Below, in pieces: positions 11,401 through 26,750 of a stretch of DNA of 64,000 bases. This stretch comes from the human T2T-CHM13v2.0 reference genome, Homo sapiens. The notes beneath the pieces are model-generated. The model saw nothing but the letters and a program-made list of their open reading frames with translations, did not search any database and had not been told where the DNA came from. Location: the NCBI RefSeq assembly GCF_009914755.1, contig NC_060933.1, one strand, 5' to 3'. Each line of letters begins with the position of its first letter. Position 1 is the stretch's first letter. Position numbers and translations under genes: made by a program.

Positions 11401-14400
11401 TGATTCCATTCCATTCCATTCCAATCCATGCTATTCCACTCGTGTTGATTCCATTCTTTCCATTCCATTCAAGTTGAATCCATTCCATTGCATTCTATTC
11501 CATTCGATTCCATTCGATTGCACTCGGGTTGATTCCATTCCATTGCATTCCATTCCATTCCATTCCATTCCATTCCATTCCATTCCGTTCCATTCCATTC
11601 CATTACATTTGGATTGATTCTATTCAATTCCCTTACACTCCATTACATTCCATTCCATTCGGGTAGTTTCCATTCCATTCCATTCCATTCCATTCCTCTC
11701 CATTCCATTGCACTCGGGTTGATTCCACTCCATTGCATTCCATTCCTTTCCATTCAATTCCATTCCGTTCCATTCCATTCCATTACATTCGGATTGATTC
11801 TATTCAACTCCCTTACTCTCCAATACATTCCATTCCATTCGGGTTGTTCCATTCCATTCCATTCCATTCCACTCCATTCCATTGCACTCGGGTTGATTCC
11901 ATTCCATTCCATTCCATTCCATTCCATTCCATTCCATTCCATTCCGGAAGATTCCATTCCATTGCATTCCATTCCATTCCATTCCCCTGCACTCGCGTTG
12001 ATTCCATTCCATTCCATTCTATTCCATTCCATTCCCTTCCTTTCCGTTCCATTCCATTCCATTCCATTCCATTCCGTTCCGTTCCATTCCATTCCATTCC
12101 ATTCTATTCGGGTTAATTCCATTCCATTCCATTCGATTGCAATCGAGTTGATTCCATTCCATTCCATTCCATTCCATTCCATTCCATTCCATTCCATTCC
12201 ATTCCATTCCTTTCCATTCCATTACGGATGATTCCATTCCATTGCATTCCATTCCATTCCATTCCCCTGTACTCGGGTTGATTCCATTCCATTCCATTCC
12301 AATCCATGCCATTCCACTCGTGTTGATTCCATTCTTTCCATTCCATTCAAGTTGAATCCATTCCATTGCATTCCATTCCATTCGATTCCATTCGATTGTA
12401 CTCGGGTTGATTCCATTCCATTGCATTCCATTCCATTCCATTCCATTCCATTCCATTCCATTCCGTTCCATTCCATTCCGTTACATTCGGATTGATTCTA
12501 TTCAATTCCCTTACACTCCATTACATTCCATTCCATTCGGGTAGTTTCCATTCCATTCCATTCCATTCCTCTCCATTCCATTGAACTCGGGTTGATTCCA
12601 TTCCATTGTATTCCATTCCATTCCATTCAATTCCATTCCGTTCCATTCCATTCCATTACATTCGGATTGATTCTATTCAACTCCCTTACTCTCCATTACA
12701 TTCCATTCCATTCGGGTTGTTCCATTCCATTCCATTCCATTCCACTCCATTCCATTGCACTCGGGTTTATTCCATTCCATTCCATTCCATTCCATTCCAT
12801 TCCATTCCATTCCGGAAGATTCCATTCCATTGCATTCCATTCCATTCCATTTCCCTGCACTCGCGTTGATTCCATTCCATTCCATTCCATTCCATTCCAA
12901 TCCATTCCATTCCGTTCCGTTCCGTTCCATTCCATTCCATTCCATTATATTCGGGTTAATTCCATTCCATTCCATTCGATTGCAATCGAGTTGATTCCAT
13001 TCCATTCCATTCCATTCCATTCCATTCCATTCCATTCCATTCCTTTCCATTCCATTACGGATTATTCCATTCCATTGCATTCCATTCCATTCCATTCCTC
13101 TGTACTCGGATTGATTCCATTCCATTCCATTCCAATCCATGCCATTCCACTCGTGTTGATTCCATTCTTTCCATTCCATTCAAGTTGAATCCATTCCATT
13201 GCATTCCATTCCATTCCATTCCCCTGCAGTCGGGTTGTTTCCATTCCATTCCATTCCATTCCATTCCATTCCATTCCATTCGTTTCCGTTCCGTTCCATT
13301 CCATTCCATTCCATTCTATTCGGGTTAATTCCATTCCATTCCATTCCATTCCATTCCATTCCAATCGAGTTCATTCCATTCCATTCCATTCCATTCCATT
13401 CCACTCCATTCCAGTCCTTTCCATTCCATTCCACTCGGGTTGATTCCAATGTATTCCTTTCCATTCCATTCCATTCCATTGCAATCGAGTTGATTCCATT
13501 GCGTTGCATTCCATTCCATTCCATTCCATTCCGGATGATTCCATTCCATTGCATTCCATTCCATTCCATTCCCCTGCACTCGGGTTGATTCCATTCCATT
13601 CCACTCCATTCCGTTCCATTCCATTCCATTGCATTGTATTCGGGTTAATTCCATTCCATTCCATTCCATTCCATTCCATTCCATTCCATTAAAATCGAGT
13701 TGATTCCAATCCATTCCAGTCCTTTCCATTCCATTCCTCTCGGGTTGATTCCATTCTATTAGTTTCCATTCCATTCCATTCCCTTCCATTCCACTCTGGT
13801 TGATTCCATTCCTTTCCATTCCACTCGAATACATTCCCTCCTATTCCACTCGGAACGATTCTATTCCATTCCATTCCATTCCATTCCATTCCATTCCATT
13901 CCATTCCATTCCATTCCATTTCGTTCCATTCCATTCTATTCCGTATCATTCCATTCCATTCCATTCCATTCCATTCCATTCCATTCCATTCCATTCCATT
14001 GTACTCGGGTTGATTCAATTCCATTGCATTGCATTCCATTCCATTCCATTCCATTGTACTCGGGTTGATTCAATTCCATTGCATTGCATTCCATTCCATT
14101 CCATTCCATTCCGTTGCATTCCATTCCATTACATTCGGGTTGATTCTATTCAACTCCCTTACTCTCCATTACATTCCATTCCATTCGGGTTGTTCCATTC
14201 CATTCCATTCCATTCCACTCCATTCCATTGCACTCGGGTTGATTCCATTCCATTCCATTCCATTCCATTCCATTCCATTCCGGATGATTCCATTCCATTG
14301 CATTCCGTTCCATTACATTCCCCTGCACTCGCGTTGATTCCTTTCCATTCCATTCCATTCCATTCCATTCCATTCCATTCCATTACATTCGGATTGATTC

Positions 14401-17400
14401 TATTCAACTCCCTTACTCTCCATTACATTCCATTCCATTCGGGTTGTTCCATTCCATTCCATTCCATTCCACTCCATTCCATTGCACTCGGATTGATTCC
14501 ATTCCATTCCATTCCATTCCATTCCATTCCATTCCATTCCATTCCGGATGATTCCATTCCATTGCATTCCGTTCCATTACATTCCCCTGCACTCGCGTTG
14601 ATTCCATTCCATTCCATTCCATTCCATTCAATTCCATTCCATTACAATTCGTTCCATTCCATTCTATTCCGTACCATTCCATTACATTCCATACCATTCC
14701 ATTCCATTCCATTCCATTCCATTCCTTTCCATTCCGTTCCATTCCATTCCATTCCATTCTATTCGGGTTAATTCCATTCCATTCCATTCCATTCCATTCC
14801 ATTCTATTCCATTCCATTGCAATCGAGTTGAATCCATTGCATTTCATTCCATTCCATTCCATTCCATTCCATTCCATTCCATTCCATTCCGGAAGATTCC
14901 ATTCCATTGCATTCCATTCCATTCCATTCCCCTGCACTCGCGTTGATTCCATTTCATTCCGTTCCATTCCATTCCATTCCATTCCATTCCGTTCCGTTCC
15001 GTTCCATTCCATTCCATTCCATTCCATTCCATTCCATTCCATTCCGTTCCGTTCCATTCGATTCCATTGCATTCTATTCGGGTTAATTCCATTCCATTCC
15101 ATTCGATTGCAATCGAGTTGATTCCATTCCATTCCATTCCATTCCATTCCGTTCCATTCCATTCCTTTCCATTCCATTACGGATGATTCCATTCCATTGC
15201 ATTCCATTCCATTCCATTCCCCTGTACTCGGGTTGTTTCCATTCCATTCCATTCCAATCCATGCCATTCCACTCGTGTTGATTCCATTATTTCCATTCCA
15301 TTCAAGTTGAATCCATTCCATTGCATTCCATTCCATTCGATTCCATTCGATTGCACTCGGGTTGATTACATTCCATTGCATTCCATTCCATTCCATTCCA
15401 TTCCAATCCATTCCGTTCCTTCCATTCCATTTGATTACATTCAGATTGATTCTATTCAATTCCCTTACACTCCATTATATTCCAATCCATTCTGGTTGTT
15501 TCCATTCCATTCCATTCCATTTCACTCCATTCCATTGCAATCGGGTTGATTCCATTCCATTCCATTCCATTGCATTCCATTCCATTCCATTCCGGATGAT
15601 TCCATTCCATTGCATTCCTTTCCATTCCATTCCCCTGCACTCGGGTTGATTCCATTCCACTCCATTCCATTACATTCCGTTCCATTCCATTCCATTCCAT
15701 TCGGATTGATTCTATTCAATTCCCTTACACTCCATTACATTCCATTCCATTCGGGTAGTTTCCATTCCATTCCATTCCATTCCTCTCCATTCCATTGCAC
15801 TCGGGTTGATTCCATTCCATTCCATTCCATTCCATTCCATTACATTACATTACATTCCTTTCCATTGTACTCGGGTTGATTCCATTCCATTGCATTCCAT
15901 TGCATTCCATTCCATTCCATTCCATTCCATTCCATTCCATTCCGTTCCATTCCATTACATTCGGATTGATTCTATTCAACTCCCTAACTCTCCATTACAT
16001 TCCATTCCATTCGGGTTGTTCCATTCCATTCCATTCCATTCCATTCCGTTCCATTCCATTCCATTACATTCGGATTGATTCTATTCAATTCCCTTACACT
16101 CCATTATATTCCATTCCATTCGGGTTGCTCCATTCCATTCCATTCCATTCCACTCCATTCCATTGCGCTCGGGTTGATTCCATTCCATTCCATTCCATTC
16201 CATTCCATTCCATTCCATTCCGGATGATTCCATTCCATTGCATTCCGTTCCATTACATTCCCCTGCACTCGGGTTGATTCCATTCCATTCCCTTCCATTC
16301 CATTCGATTCCTTTCCATTCCAATTATTTCCATTCCATTCTATTCCGTACCATTCCATTCCATTCCATACAATTCCATTCCATTCCATTCCACTCCGTTC
16401 CGTTCCGTTCCTTTCCGTTCCATTCCATTCCATTCTATTCGGTTTAATTCCATTCCATTCCATTCCATTCCATTCTATTCCATTCCATTGCAATCGAGTT
16501 GAATCCATTCCATTCCATTCCATTCCATTCCATTCCATTCCATTCCGGAAGATTCCATTCCATTGCATTCCATTCCATTCCATTCCATTCCATTCCATTC
16601 CATTCCATTCCATTGTACTCGGGTTGATTCCATTCCATTGCATTCCATTCCATTCCATTCTATTCCATTCCATTCCATTCCGTTCCATTCCATTTCATTA
16701 CATTCGGATTGATTCTTTTCAACTCCCTTACTCTCCATTACATTCCATTCCATTCGGGTTGTTCCATTCCATTCCATTCCATTCCACTCCATTCCATTGC
16801 ACTCGGGTTGATTCCATTCCATTCCATTCCATTCCATTCCGGATGATTCCATTCCATTGCATTCCGTTCCATTACATTCCCCTGCACTCGGGTTGATTCC
16901 ATTCCATTGCATTCCATTCCATTCGACTCCATTCCATTCCCCTGCACTCGCGTTGATTCCATTCCATTACATTCCATTCCATTCCATTCCATTCCATTCC
17001 ATTCCTTTCCATTCCAGTCTTTTCCATTCCATTCCACTCGGGTTGATTCCATTCTATTAGTTTCCATTCCATTCCTTTCCCTTCCATTCCACTCTGGTTG
17101 ATTCCATTCCTTTCCATTCCACTCAAATACATTCCCTCCTATTCCACTCGGAACGATTCCATTCCATTCCATTCCATTCCATTCCATTTCGTTCCATTCC
17201 ATTCTATTCCGTATCATTCCATTCCATTCCATTCCATTCCATTCCATTCCATTCCATTCCATTTCGTTCCATTCCATTCTATTCCGTATCATTCCATTCC
17301 ATTCCATTCCATTCCATTCCATTCCATTCCATTCCACTCGTGTTGATTGCATTCCTTTCCATTCCATTCGATTTGAAGGCATTCCATTCCATTCCATTCC

Positions 17401-20400
17401 ATTCCATTCCGGAAGCTTCCATTCCATTGCATTCCATTCCATTCCATTCCCCTGCACTCGCGTTGATTCCATTCCATTCCATTCCATTCCATTCCATTCC
17501 ATTCCATTCTATTCCATTCCATTCCATTCCATTCCGTTCCATTCCATTCCATTCCATTCCATTCCGTTCCGTTCCGTTCCATTCCATTCCATTCCATTCT
17601 ATTCGGGTTAATTCCATTCCATTCCATTCGATTGCAATCGAGTTGATTCCATTCCATTCCATTCCATTCCATTCCATTCCATTCCTTTCCATTCCATTAC
17701 GGATGATTCCATTCCATTGCATTCCATTCCATTCCATTCCCCTGTACTCGGGTTGATTCCATTCCATTCCATTCCAATCCATGCCATTCCACTCGTGTTG
17801 ATTCCATTCTTTCCATTCCATTCAAGTTGAATCCATTCCATTGCATTCCATTCCATTCCATTTCCCTGCAGTCGGGTTGATTCCATTCCATTCCATTCCA
17901 TTCCATTCCATTCCATTCCATTCCGTTCCATTCCATTCCATTCCATTCTATTCGGTTTAATTCCATTCCATTCCATTCCATTCCATTCCATTCCAATCGA
18001 GTTGATTCCATTCCATTCCATTCCATTCCATTCCTCTCCATTGCAGTCCTTTCCTTTCCATTCCACTCGGGTTGATTCCAATGTATTCCTTTCCATTCCA
18101 TTCCATTCCATTGCAATCGAGTTGATTCCATTGCTTTGCATTCCATTCCATTCCATTCCATTCCGGATGATTCCATTCCATTGCATTCCATTCCATTCCA
18201 TTCCCCTGCACTCGTGTTGATTCCATTCCATTCCACTCCATTCCGTTGCATTCCATTCCATTACTTTCGGATTGATTCTATTCAACTCCCTTACTCTCCA
18301 TTACATTCCATTCCATTCGGGTTGTTCCATTCCATTCCATTCCATTCCACTCCATTCCATTGCACTCGGGTTGATTCCATTCCATTCCATTCCATTCCAC
18401 TGCATTCCATTGCACTCGGGTTGATTCCATTCCATTCCATTCCATTCCATTCCATTCCATTCAATTCCGGATGATTCCATTCCATTGCATTCCGTTCCAT
18501 TACTTTCCCCTGCACTCGGGTTGATTCCATTCCATTCCATTCAATTGCATTCCATTACAATTCGTTCCATTCCATTCTATTCCTTACCATTCCATTCCAT
18601 TCCATAGCATTCCATTCCATTCCTTTCCGTTCCATTCCGTTCCATTGCATTCCATTCCATTCTATTCGGGTTAATTCCATACAATTCCATTCCATTCCAT
18701 TCCATTATATTCCATTCCATTGCAATCGAGTTGAATCCATTGCATTTCATTCCATTCCATTCCATTTCATTCCATTCCGGAAGATTCCATTCCATTGCAT
18801 TCCATTCCATTCCATTACCCTGCACTCGCGTTGATTCCATTCCATTCCATTCCATTACGTTCCGTTCCTTTCCGTTCCGTTCCATTCCATTCCATTCCAT
18901 TCCGTTCCGTTCCGTTCCGTTCCATTCCATTCCATTCTATTCGGGTTAATTCCATTCCATTCCATTCGATTGCAATCGAGTTGATTCCATTCCATTCCAT
19001 TCCATTCCTTTCAATTCCATTCCATTCCTTTCCATTCCATTACGGATGATTCCATTCCACTGCATTACATTCCATTCCATTCCCCTGTACTCGGGTTGAT
19101 TCCATTCCATTACATTCCATTCCATTCTATTCCATTCCATTCCATTCCATTCCGGAAGATTCCATTCCATTGCATTCCATTCCATTCCATTCCCCTGCAC
19201 TCGCGTTGATTCCATTCCATTCCATTCCATTCCATTCCATTCCATTCCGATCCGTTCCATTACATTCCATTCCATTCCATTCCGTTCCGTTCCATTCCAT
19301 TCCATTCCATTCCATTCTATTCGGGTTAATTCCATTCCATTCCATTCGATTGCAATCGAGTTGATTCCATTCCATTCCATTCCAATCCATGCCATTGCAC
19401 TCGTGTTGATTCCATTCTTTCCATTCCATTCAAGTTGAATCCATTACATTGCATTCCATTCGATTCGATTCCATTCGATTGCACTCGGGTTGATTCCACG
19501 GCATTGCATTCCATTCCATTCCATTCCATTCCTTTCCATTCCATTCCATTCCATTCCATTCGGATTCATTCTATTCAATTCCCTTACACTCCATTACATT
19601 CCATTCCATTCGTGTAGTTTCCATTCCATTCCATTCCATTCCTCTCCATTCCATTGCACTCGGGTTGATTCCATTCCATTCCATTCCATTCCATTCCATT
19701 CCATTCCATTCCGGATGATTCCATTCCATTGAATTCCATTGCATTCCATTCCCCTGCACTTGAGTTGATTCCATTCCATTCCATTCCATTCCTTTCTTTT
19801 CCATTCCATTCCATTCCATTCCATTCTTTCGTGTTTATTCCATTCCATTCTATTCCATTCCATTCCATTGAAATCGAGTTGATTCCATTCCATTCCATTC
19901 CATTCCATTCCATTCCATTCCATTCCGGATGATTCCATTCCATTCCATTCCATTCCATTCCATTCCATTCCATTGTACTCGGGTTGATTCCATTCCGTTG
20001 CATTCCATTCCATTCCATTACATTCCATTCCGTTGCATTCTATTCCATTACATTCGTATTGATTCTATTCAACTCCCTTACTCTCCATTACATTCCATTC
20101 CATTCGGGTTGTTCCATTCCATTCCATTCCATTCCACTCCATTCCATTGCACTCGGGTTGATTCCATTCCATTCCATTCCATTCCATTCCATTCCATTCC
20201 ATTCCGGATGATTCCATTTCATTGCATTCCATTCCATTCCATTCCCCTGCACTCGCGTTGATTCCATTCCATTCCATTCCATTCCATTCCATTCCGTTCC
20301 GTTCCATTCCATTCCATTCCATTCCATTCCATTCCATTCCATTCCGTTCCTTTCCATTCCATTCCATTCCATTCTATTCGGGTTAATTCCATTCCATTCC

Positions 20401-23400
20401 ATTCCATTGCAATCGAGTTGATTCCATTCCATTCCATTCCATTCCATTCCATTCCATTCCATTCCATTCCATTCCTTTCCATTCCATTATGGATGATTCC
20501 ATTCCATTGCATTCCATTCCATTCCATTCCATTCCATTACATTCCGTTCCATTCCATTCCATTACATTCGGATTGATTCTATTCAATTCCCTTACACTCC
20601 ATTACATTCCATTCCATTCGGGTAGTTTCCATTCCATTCCATTCCATTCCTCTCCATTCCATTGCACTCGGGTTGATTCGATTCCATTGCATTCCATTCC
20701 ATTCCATTCAATTCCATTCCGTTCCATTCCATTCCATTACATTCAGATTGATTCTATTCAACTCCCTTACTCTCCATTACATTCCATTCCATTCCGGTTG
20801 TTCCATTCCATTCCATTCCATTCCACTCCATTCCATTGCACTCGGGTTGATTCCATTCCATTCCATTCCATTCCATTCCATTCCATTCCATTCCGGAAGA
20901 TTCCATTCCATTGCATTCCATTCCATTCCAATCCCCTCCACTCGCGTTGATTCCATTCCATTCCATTCTATTCCATTCCATTTCCTTCCTTTCCGTTCCA
21001 TTCCATTCCATTCCATTCCATTCCATTCCATTCCGTTCCATTCCATTCCATTCCATTCTTTTCGGGTTAATTCCATTCCATTCCATTCGATTGCAATCGA
21101 GTTGATTCCATTCCATTCCATTCCATTCCATTCCATTCCAATCCATTCCATTCCTTTCCATTCCATTACGGATGATTCCATTCCATTGCATTCCATTCCA
21201 TTCCATTTCCCTTTACTCGGGTTGATTCCATTCCATTCCATTCCAATCCATGCCATTCCACTCGTGTTGATTCCATTCTTTCCATTCCATTCAAGTTGAA
21301 TCCATTCCATTGCATTCCATTCCATTCGATTCCATTCGATTGCACTCGGGTTGATTCCATTCCATTGCATTCCATTCCATTCCGTTCCATTCCATTCCAT
21401 TCTGTTCCATTCCATTTCATTACATTCAGATGGATTCTATTCAATTCCCTTACACTCCATTATATTCCAATCCATTCTGGTTGTCTCCATTCCATTCCAT
21501 TCCATTTCACTCCATTCCATTGCACTCGGGTTGATTCCATTCTATTCCATTACATTCCATTCCGTTCCATTCCGGATGATTCCATTCCATTGCATTCCAT
21601 TCCATTCCATTCCCCTGCACTCGGGTTGATTCCATTCCATTCCATTCCATTACATTCCCTTCCATTCTATTCCATTCCATTCGGATTGATTCTATTCAAT
21701 TCCCTTACACTCCATTACATTCCATTCCATTCGGGTAGTTTCCTTTCCATTCCATTCCATTCCTCTCCATTCCATTGCGCTCGGGTTGATTCCATTCCAT
21801 TGCATTCCATTCCATTCCATTCCATTCCATTCCGGATGATTCCATTCCATTGCATTCCGTTCCATTACATTCCCCTGCACTCGGGTTGATTCCATTCCAT
21901 TCCATTCCATTCCATTCGATTCCACTCCATTCCAATTCTTTCCATTCCATTCTATTCCGTACCATTCCATTCCATTCCATACAATTCCATTCCATTCCAT
22001 TCCACTCCGTTCCGTTCCGTTCCGTTCTGTTCCGTTCCATTCCATTCCACTCCATTCTATTCGGTTTAATTCCATTCCATTCCATTCCATTCCATTCCAT
22101 TCTATTCCATTCCATTGCAATCGAGTTGAATCCATTGCATTCCATTCCATTCCATTCCATTCCATTCCATTCCATTGCATTCCGGAAGATTCCATTCCAT
22201 TGCATTCCGTAAGATTCCATTCCATTGCATTCCATTCCATTCCATTCCATTCCATTCCATTCCATTCCATTGTACTCTGGTTGATTCCATTCCATTGCAT
22301 TGCATTCCATTCCATTCCATTCCATTCCATTCCGTTCCATTCCATTCCATTACATTCGGATTGATTCTTTTCAACTCCCTTACTCTCCATTACATTCCAT
22401 TCCATCCGGGTAGTTTCCATTCCATTCCATTCCATTCCTCTCCATTCCATTGCATCGGGTTGATTCCATTCCATTCCATTCCATTCCATTACATTCCATT
22501 CCATTCCGGATGATTCCATTCCATTGCATTCCGTTCCATTACATTCCCCTGCACTCGCGTTGATTCCATTCCATTCCATTCCATTTCATTCAATTCCATT
22601 CCATTACAATTCGTTCCATTCCATTCTATTCCGTACCATTCGATTCCATTCCATACCATTCCATTCCATTCCATTCCGTTCCATTCCGTTCCATTCTGTT
22701 CCATTCCATTCCATTCCATTCTATTCGGGTTAATTCCATTCCATTCCATTCCATTCCATTCCATTCTGTTCCATTCCATTGCATTCGAGTTGAATCCATT
22801 GCATTTCATTCCATTCCATTCCATTCCATTCCATTCCATTCCATTCCGGAAGATTCCATTCCATTGCATTCCATTCCATTCCATTCCCCTGCACTCGCGT
22901 TGATTCCATTCCATTCCATTCCATTCCATTCCATTCCATTCCGTTCCGTTCCATTCCATTCCATTCCATTCCATTCCATTCCGGAAGATTCCATTCCATT
23001 GCATTCCATTCCATTCCATTCCCCTGCACTCGCGTTGATTCCATTCCATTCCATTCCATTCCATTCCATCCATTCCGTTCCGTTCCGTTCCATTCCATTC
23101 CATTCCATTCCATTCCATTCCGTTCCGTTCCATTCCATTCCATTCCATTCTATTCGGGTTAATTCCATTCCATTCCATTCGATTGCAATCAAGTTGATTC
23201 CATTCCATTCCATTCCATTCCATTCCATTCCTTTCCATTCCCTTCCGGATGTTTCCATTCCATTGCATTCCATTCCATTCCATTCCCCTGTACTCGGGTT
23301 GATTCCATTCCATTCCATTCCAATCCATGCCATTCCACTCGTGTTGATTCCATTCTTTCCATTCCATTCAAGTTGAATCCATTCCATTGCATTCCATTCC

Positions 23401-26400
23401 ATTCGATTCCATTCGATTGCACTCGGGTTGATTCCATTCCGTTGCATTCCATTCCATTCCATTCCATTCCATTCCATTCCGTTCCATTCCATTCCATTAC
23501 ATTCGGATTAATTCTATTCAATTCCCTTACAATCCATTACATTCCATTCCATTCGGGTAGTTTCCATTCCATTCCATTCCATTCCTCTCCATTCCATTGC
23601 ACTCGGGTTGATTCCATTCCATTGCATTCCATTCCATTCCATTCAATTCCATTCCGTTCCATTCCATTCCATTACATTCGGATTGATTCTATTCAACTCC
23701 CTTACTCTCCATTACATTCCATTCCATTCGGGTTGTTCCATTCCATTCCATTCCATTCCACTCCATTCCATTGCACTCGGGTTTATTCCATTCCATTCCA
23801 TTCCATTCCATTCCATTCCATTCCATTCCTTTCCGTTCTGTTCCATTCCATTCCATTCCATTCCAATCCATTCCATTCCGTTCCGTTCCGTTCCATTCCA
23901 TTCCATTCCATTCTATTCGGGTTAATTCCATTCCATTCCATTCGATTGCAATCGAGTTGATTCCATTCCATTCCATTCCATTCCATTCCATTCCATTCCA
24001 TTCCTTTCCATTCCATTACGGATGATTCCATTCCATTGCATTCCATTCCATTCCATTCCCCTGTACTCGGGTTGATTCCATTCCATTCCATTCCAATCCA
24101 TGCCATTCCACTCGTGTTGATTCCATTCTTTCCATTCCATTCAAGTTGAATCCATTCCATTGCATTCCATTCCATTCCATTCCCCTGCAGTCGGGTTGAT
24201 TCCATTCCATTCCATTCCATTCCATTCCATTCCATTCCATTCCGTTCCGTTCCGTTCCGTTCCATTCCATTCCATTCTATTCGGGTTAATTCCATTCCAT
24301 TCCATTCCATTCCATTCCAATCGAGTTGATTCCATTCCATTCCATTCCATTCCACTCCATTCCAGTCCTTTCCATTCCATTCCACTCGGGTTGATTCCAA
24401 TGTATTCCTTTCCATTCCATTCCATTCCATTGCAATCGAGTTGATTCCATTGCTTTGCATTCCATTCCATTCCATTCCATTCCGGATGATTCCATTCCAT
24501 TGCATTCCATTCCATTCCATTCCCCTGCACTCGGGTTGATTCCATTCCATTCCATTCTATTCCGTTCCATTCCATTCCATTCCATTGTATTCGGGTTAAT
24601 TCCATTCCATTCCATTCCATTCCATTCCATTACAATCGAGTTGATTCCATTCCATTCCATTCCATTCCAGTCCTTTCCATTCCATTCCACTCGGGTTGAT
24701 TCCATTCTATTAATTTCCATTCCATTCTATTCCCTTCCATTCCACTCTGGTTGATACCATTCCTTTCCATTCCACTCGAATACATTCCCTCCTATTCCAC
24801 TCGGAACGATTCCATTCCATTCCATTCCATTCCATTCCATTCCATTCCATTCCATTCCATTCCATTCCATTTCGTTCCATTCCATTCTATTCCGTATCAT
24901 TCCATTCCATTCCATTCCATTCCATTCCATTCCATTCCATTCCATTGTACTCAGGTTGATTCAATTCCATTGCATTCCATTCCATTCCATTCCATTCCAT
25001 TCCATTCCATTCCGTTGCATTCCATTCTATTACATTCGGATTGATTCTATTCAACTCCCTTACTCTCCATTACATTCCATTCCATTCGGGTTGTTCCATT
25101 CCATTCCATTCCATTCCACTCCATTCCATTCCATTCCATTCCACTCCATTCCATTGCACTCGGGTTGATTCCATTCCATTCCATTCCATTCCATTCCATT
25201 CCATTCCATTCCATTCCATTCCGGATGATTCCATTCCATTGCATTCCGTTCCATTACATTCCCCTGAACTCGCGTTGATTCCATTCCATTCCATTCCATT
25301 CCATTCAATTCCATTCCATTACAATTCGTTCCATTCCATTCTATTCCGTACCATTCCATTCCATTCCATACCATTCCATTCCATTCCATTCCATTCCATT
25401 CCGTTCCATTCCGTTCCATTCCATTCCATTCCATTCTATTCGGATTAATTCCATTCCATTCCATTCCATTCCATTCTATTCCATTCCATTGCAATCGAGT
25501 TGAATCCATTGCATTTCATTCCATTCCATTCCATTCCGGAAGATTCCATTCCATTGCATTCCAATCCATTCCATTCCCCTGCACTCGCTTTGATTCCATT
25601 CCGTTCCATTCCATTCCATTCCATTCCATTCCGTTCCGTTCCATTCCATTCCATTCCATTCCATTCCATTCCATTGCTTTCCGTTCCATTCCATTCCATT
25701 CCATTCTATTCGGGTTAATTCCATTCCATTCCGTTCGATTGCAATCGAGTTGATTCCATTCCATTCTATTCCATTCCATTCCATTCCATTCCATTCCTTT
25801 CCATTCCATTACGGATGATTCCATTCCATTGCATTCCATTCCATTCCATTCCCCTGTACTCGGGTTGATTCCATTCCATTCCATTCCAATCCATGCCATT
25901 CCACTCGTGTTGATTCCATTCTTTCCATTCCATTCAAGTTGAATCCATTCCATTGCATTCCATTCCATTCCATTCCCCTGCAGTCGGGTTGATTCCATTC
26001 CATTCCATTCCATTCCATTCCGTTCCGTTCCATTCCATTCCATTCCATTCTATTCGGGTTAATTCCATTCCATTCCAATCCATGCCATTCCACTCGTGTT
26101 GATTCCATTCTTTCCATTCCATTCAAGTTGAATCCATTCCATTGCATTCCATTCCATTCGATTCCATTCCATTGCACTCGGGTTGATTCCATTCCATTGC
26201 ATTCCATTCCATTCCATTACATTCCATTCCATTCCCTTCCATTCCATTTCATTACATTCAGACTGATTCTATTCAATTCCCTTACACTCCATTATATTAC
26301 AATCCATTCTGGTTGTCTCCATTCCATTCCATTCCATTTCACTCCATTCCATTGCACTCGGGTTGATTCCATTCCATTCCATTCCATTGCATTCCATTCC

Positions 26401-26750
26401 ATTCCATTCCGGATGATTCCATTCCATTGCATTCCATTCCATTCCATTCCCCTGCACTCGGGTTGATTCCATTCCATTCCATTACATTACATTCCGTTCC
26501 ATTCCATTCCATTCCATTCGGATTGATTCTATTCAATTCCCTTACACTCCATTACATTCCACTCCATTCGGGTAGTTTCCATTCCATTCCATTCCATTCC
26601 TCTCCATTCCATTGCACTCGGATTGATTCCATTCCATTCCATTCCATTCCATTCCATTCCATTACATTACATTCCATTCCATTCCGTTCCATTGTACTCG
26701 GGTTGATTCCATTGCATTGCATTCCATTCCATTCCATTCCATTCCATTCC
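8480..26750 (+). repeat. Long-range duplication, copy 1 (~18 kb colinear with 37.3-55.2 kb)
   Basis: Private variants recur in order at ~28.5-29.4 kb offset: TATTTGGGGTAATT (~8855/~37695), CCGGGTGATT (~10032/~39401), GCGGAAG (~11066/~40436), TAAAATCGAG (~13690/~42655), GGAAGCTTCC (17411/46291), TTACTTTCGG (~18261/~47135), CGTGTAGTTT (~19611/~48856), CAGACTGATT (~26259/~54749). Matching ORF-track pairs include 12592/41572, 15307/44177 and 26128/54618. Confidence 0.9.
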
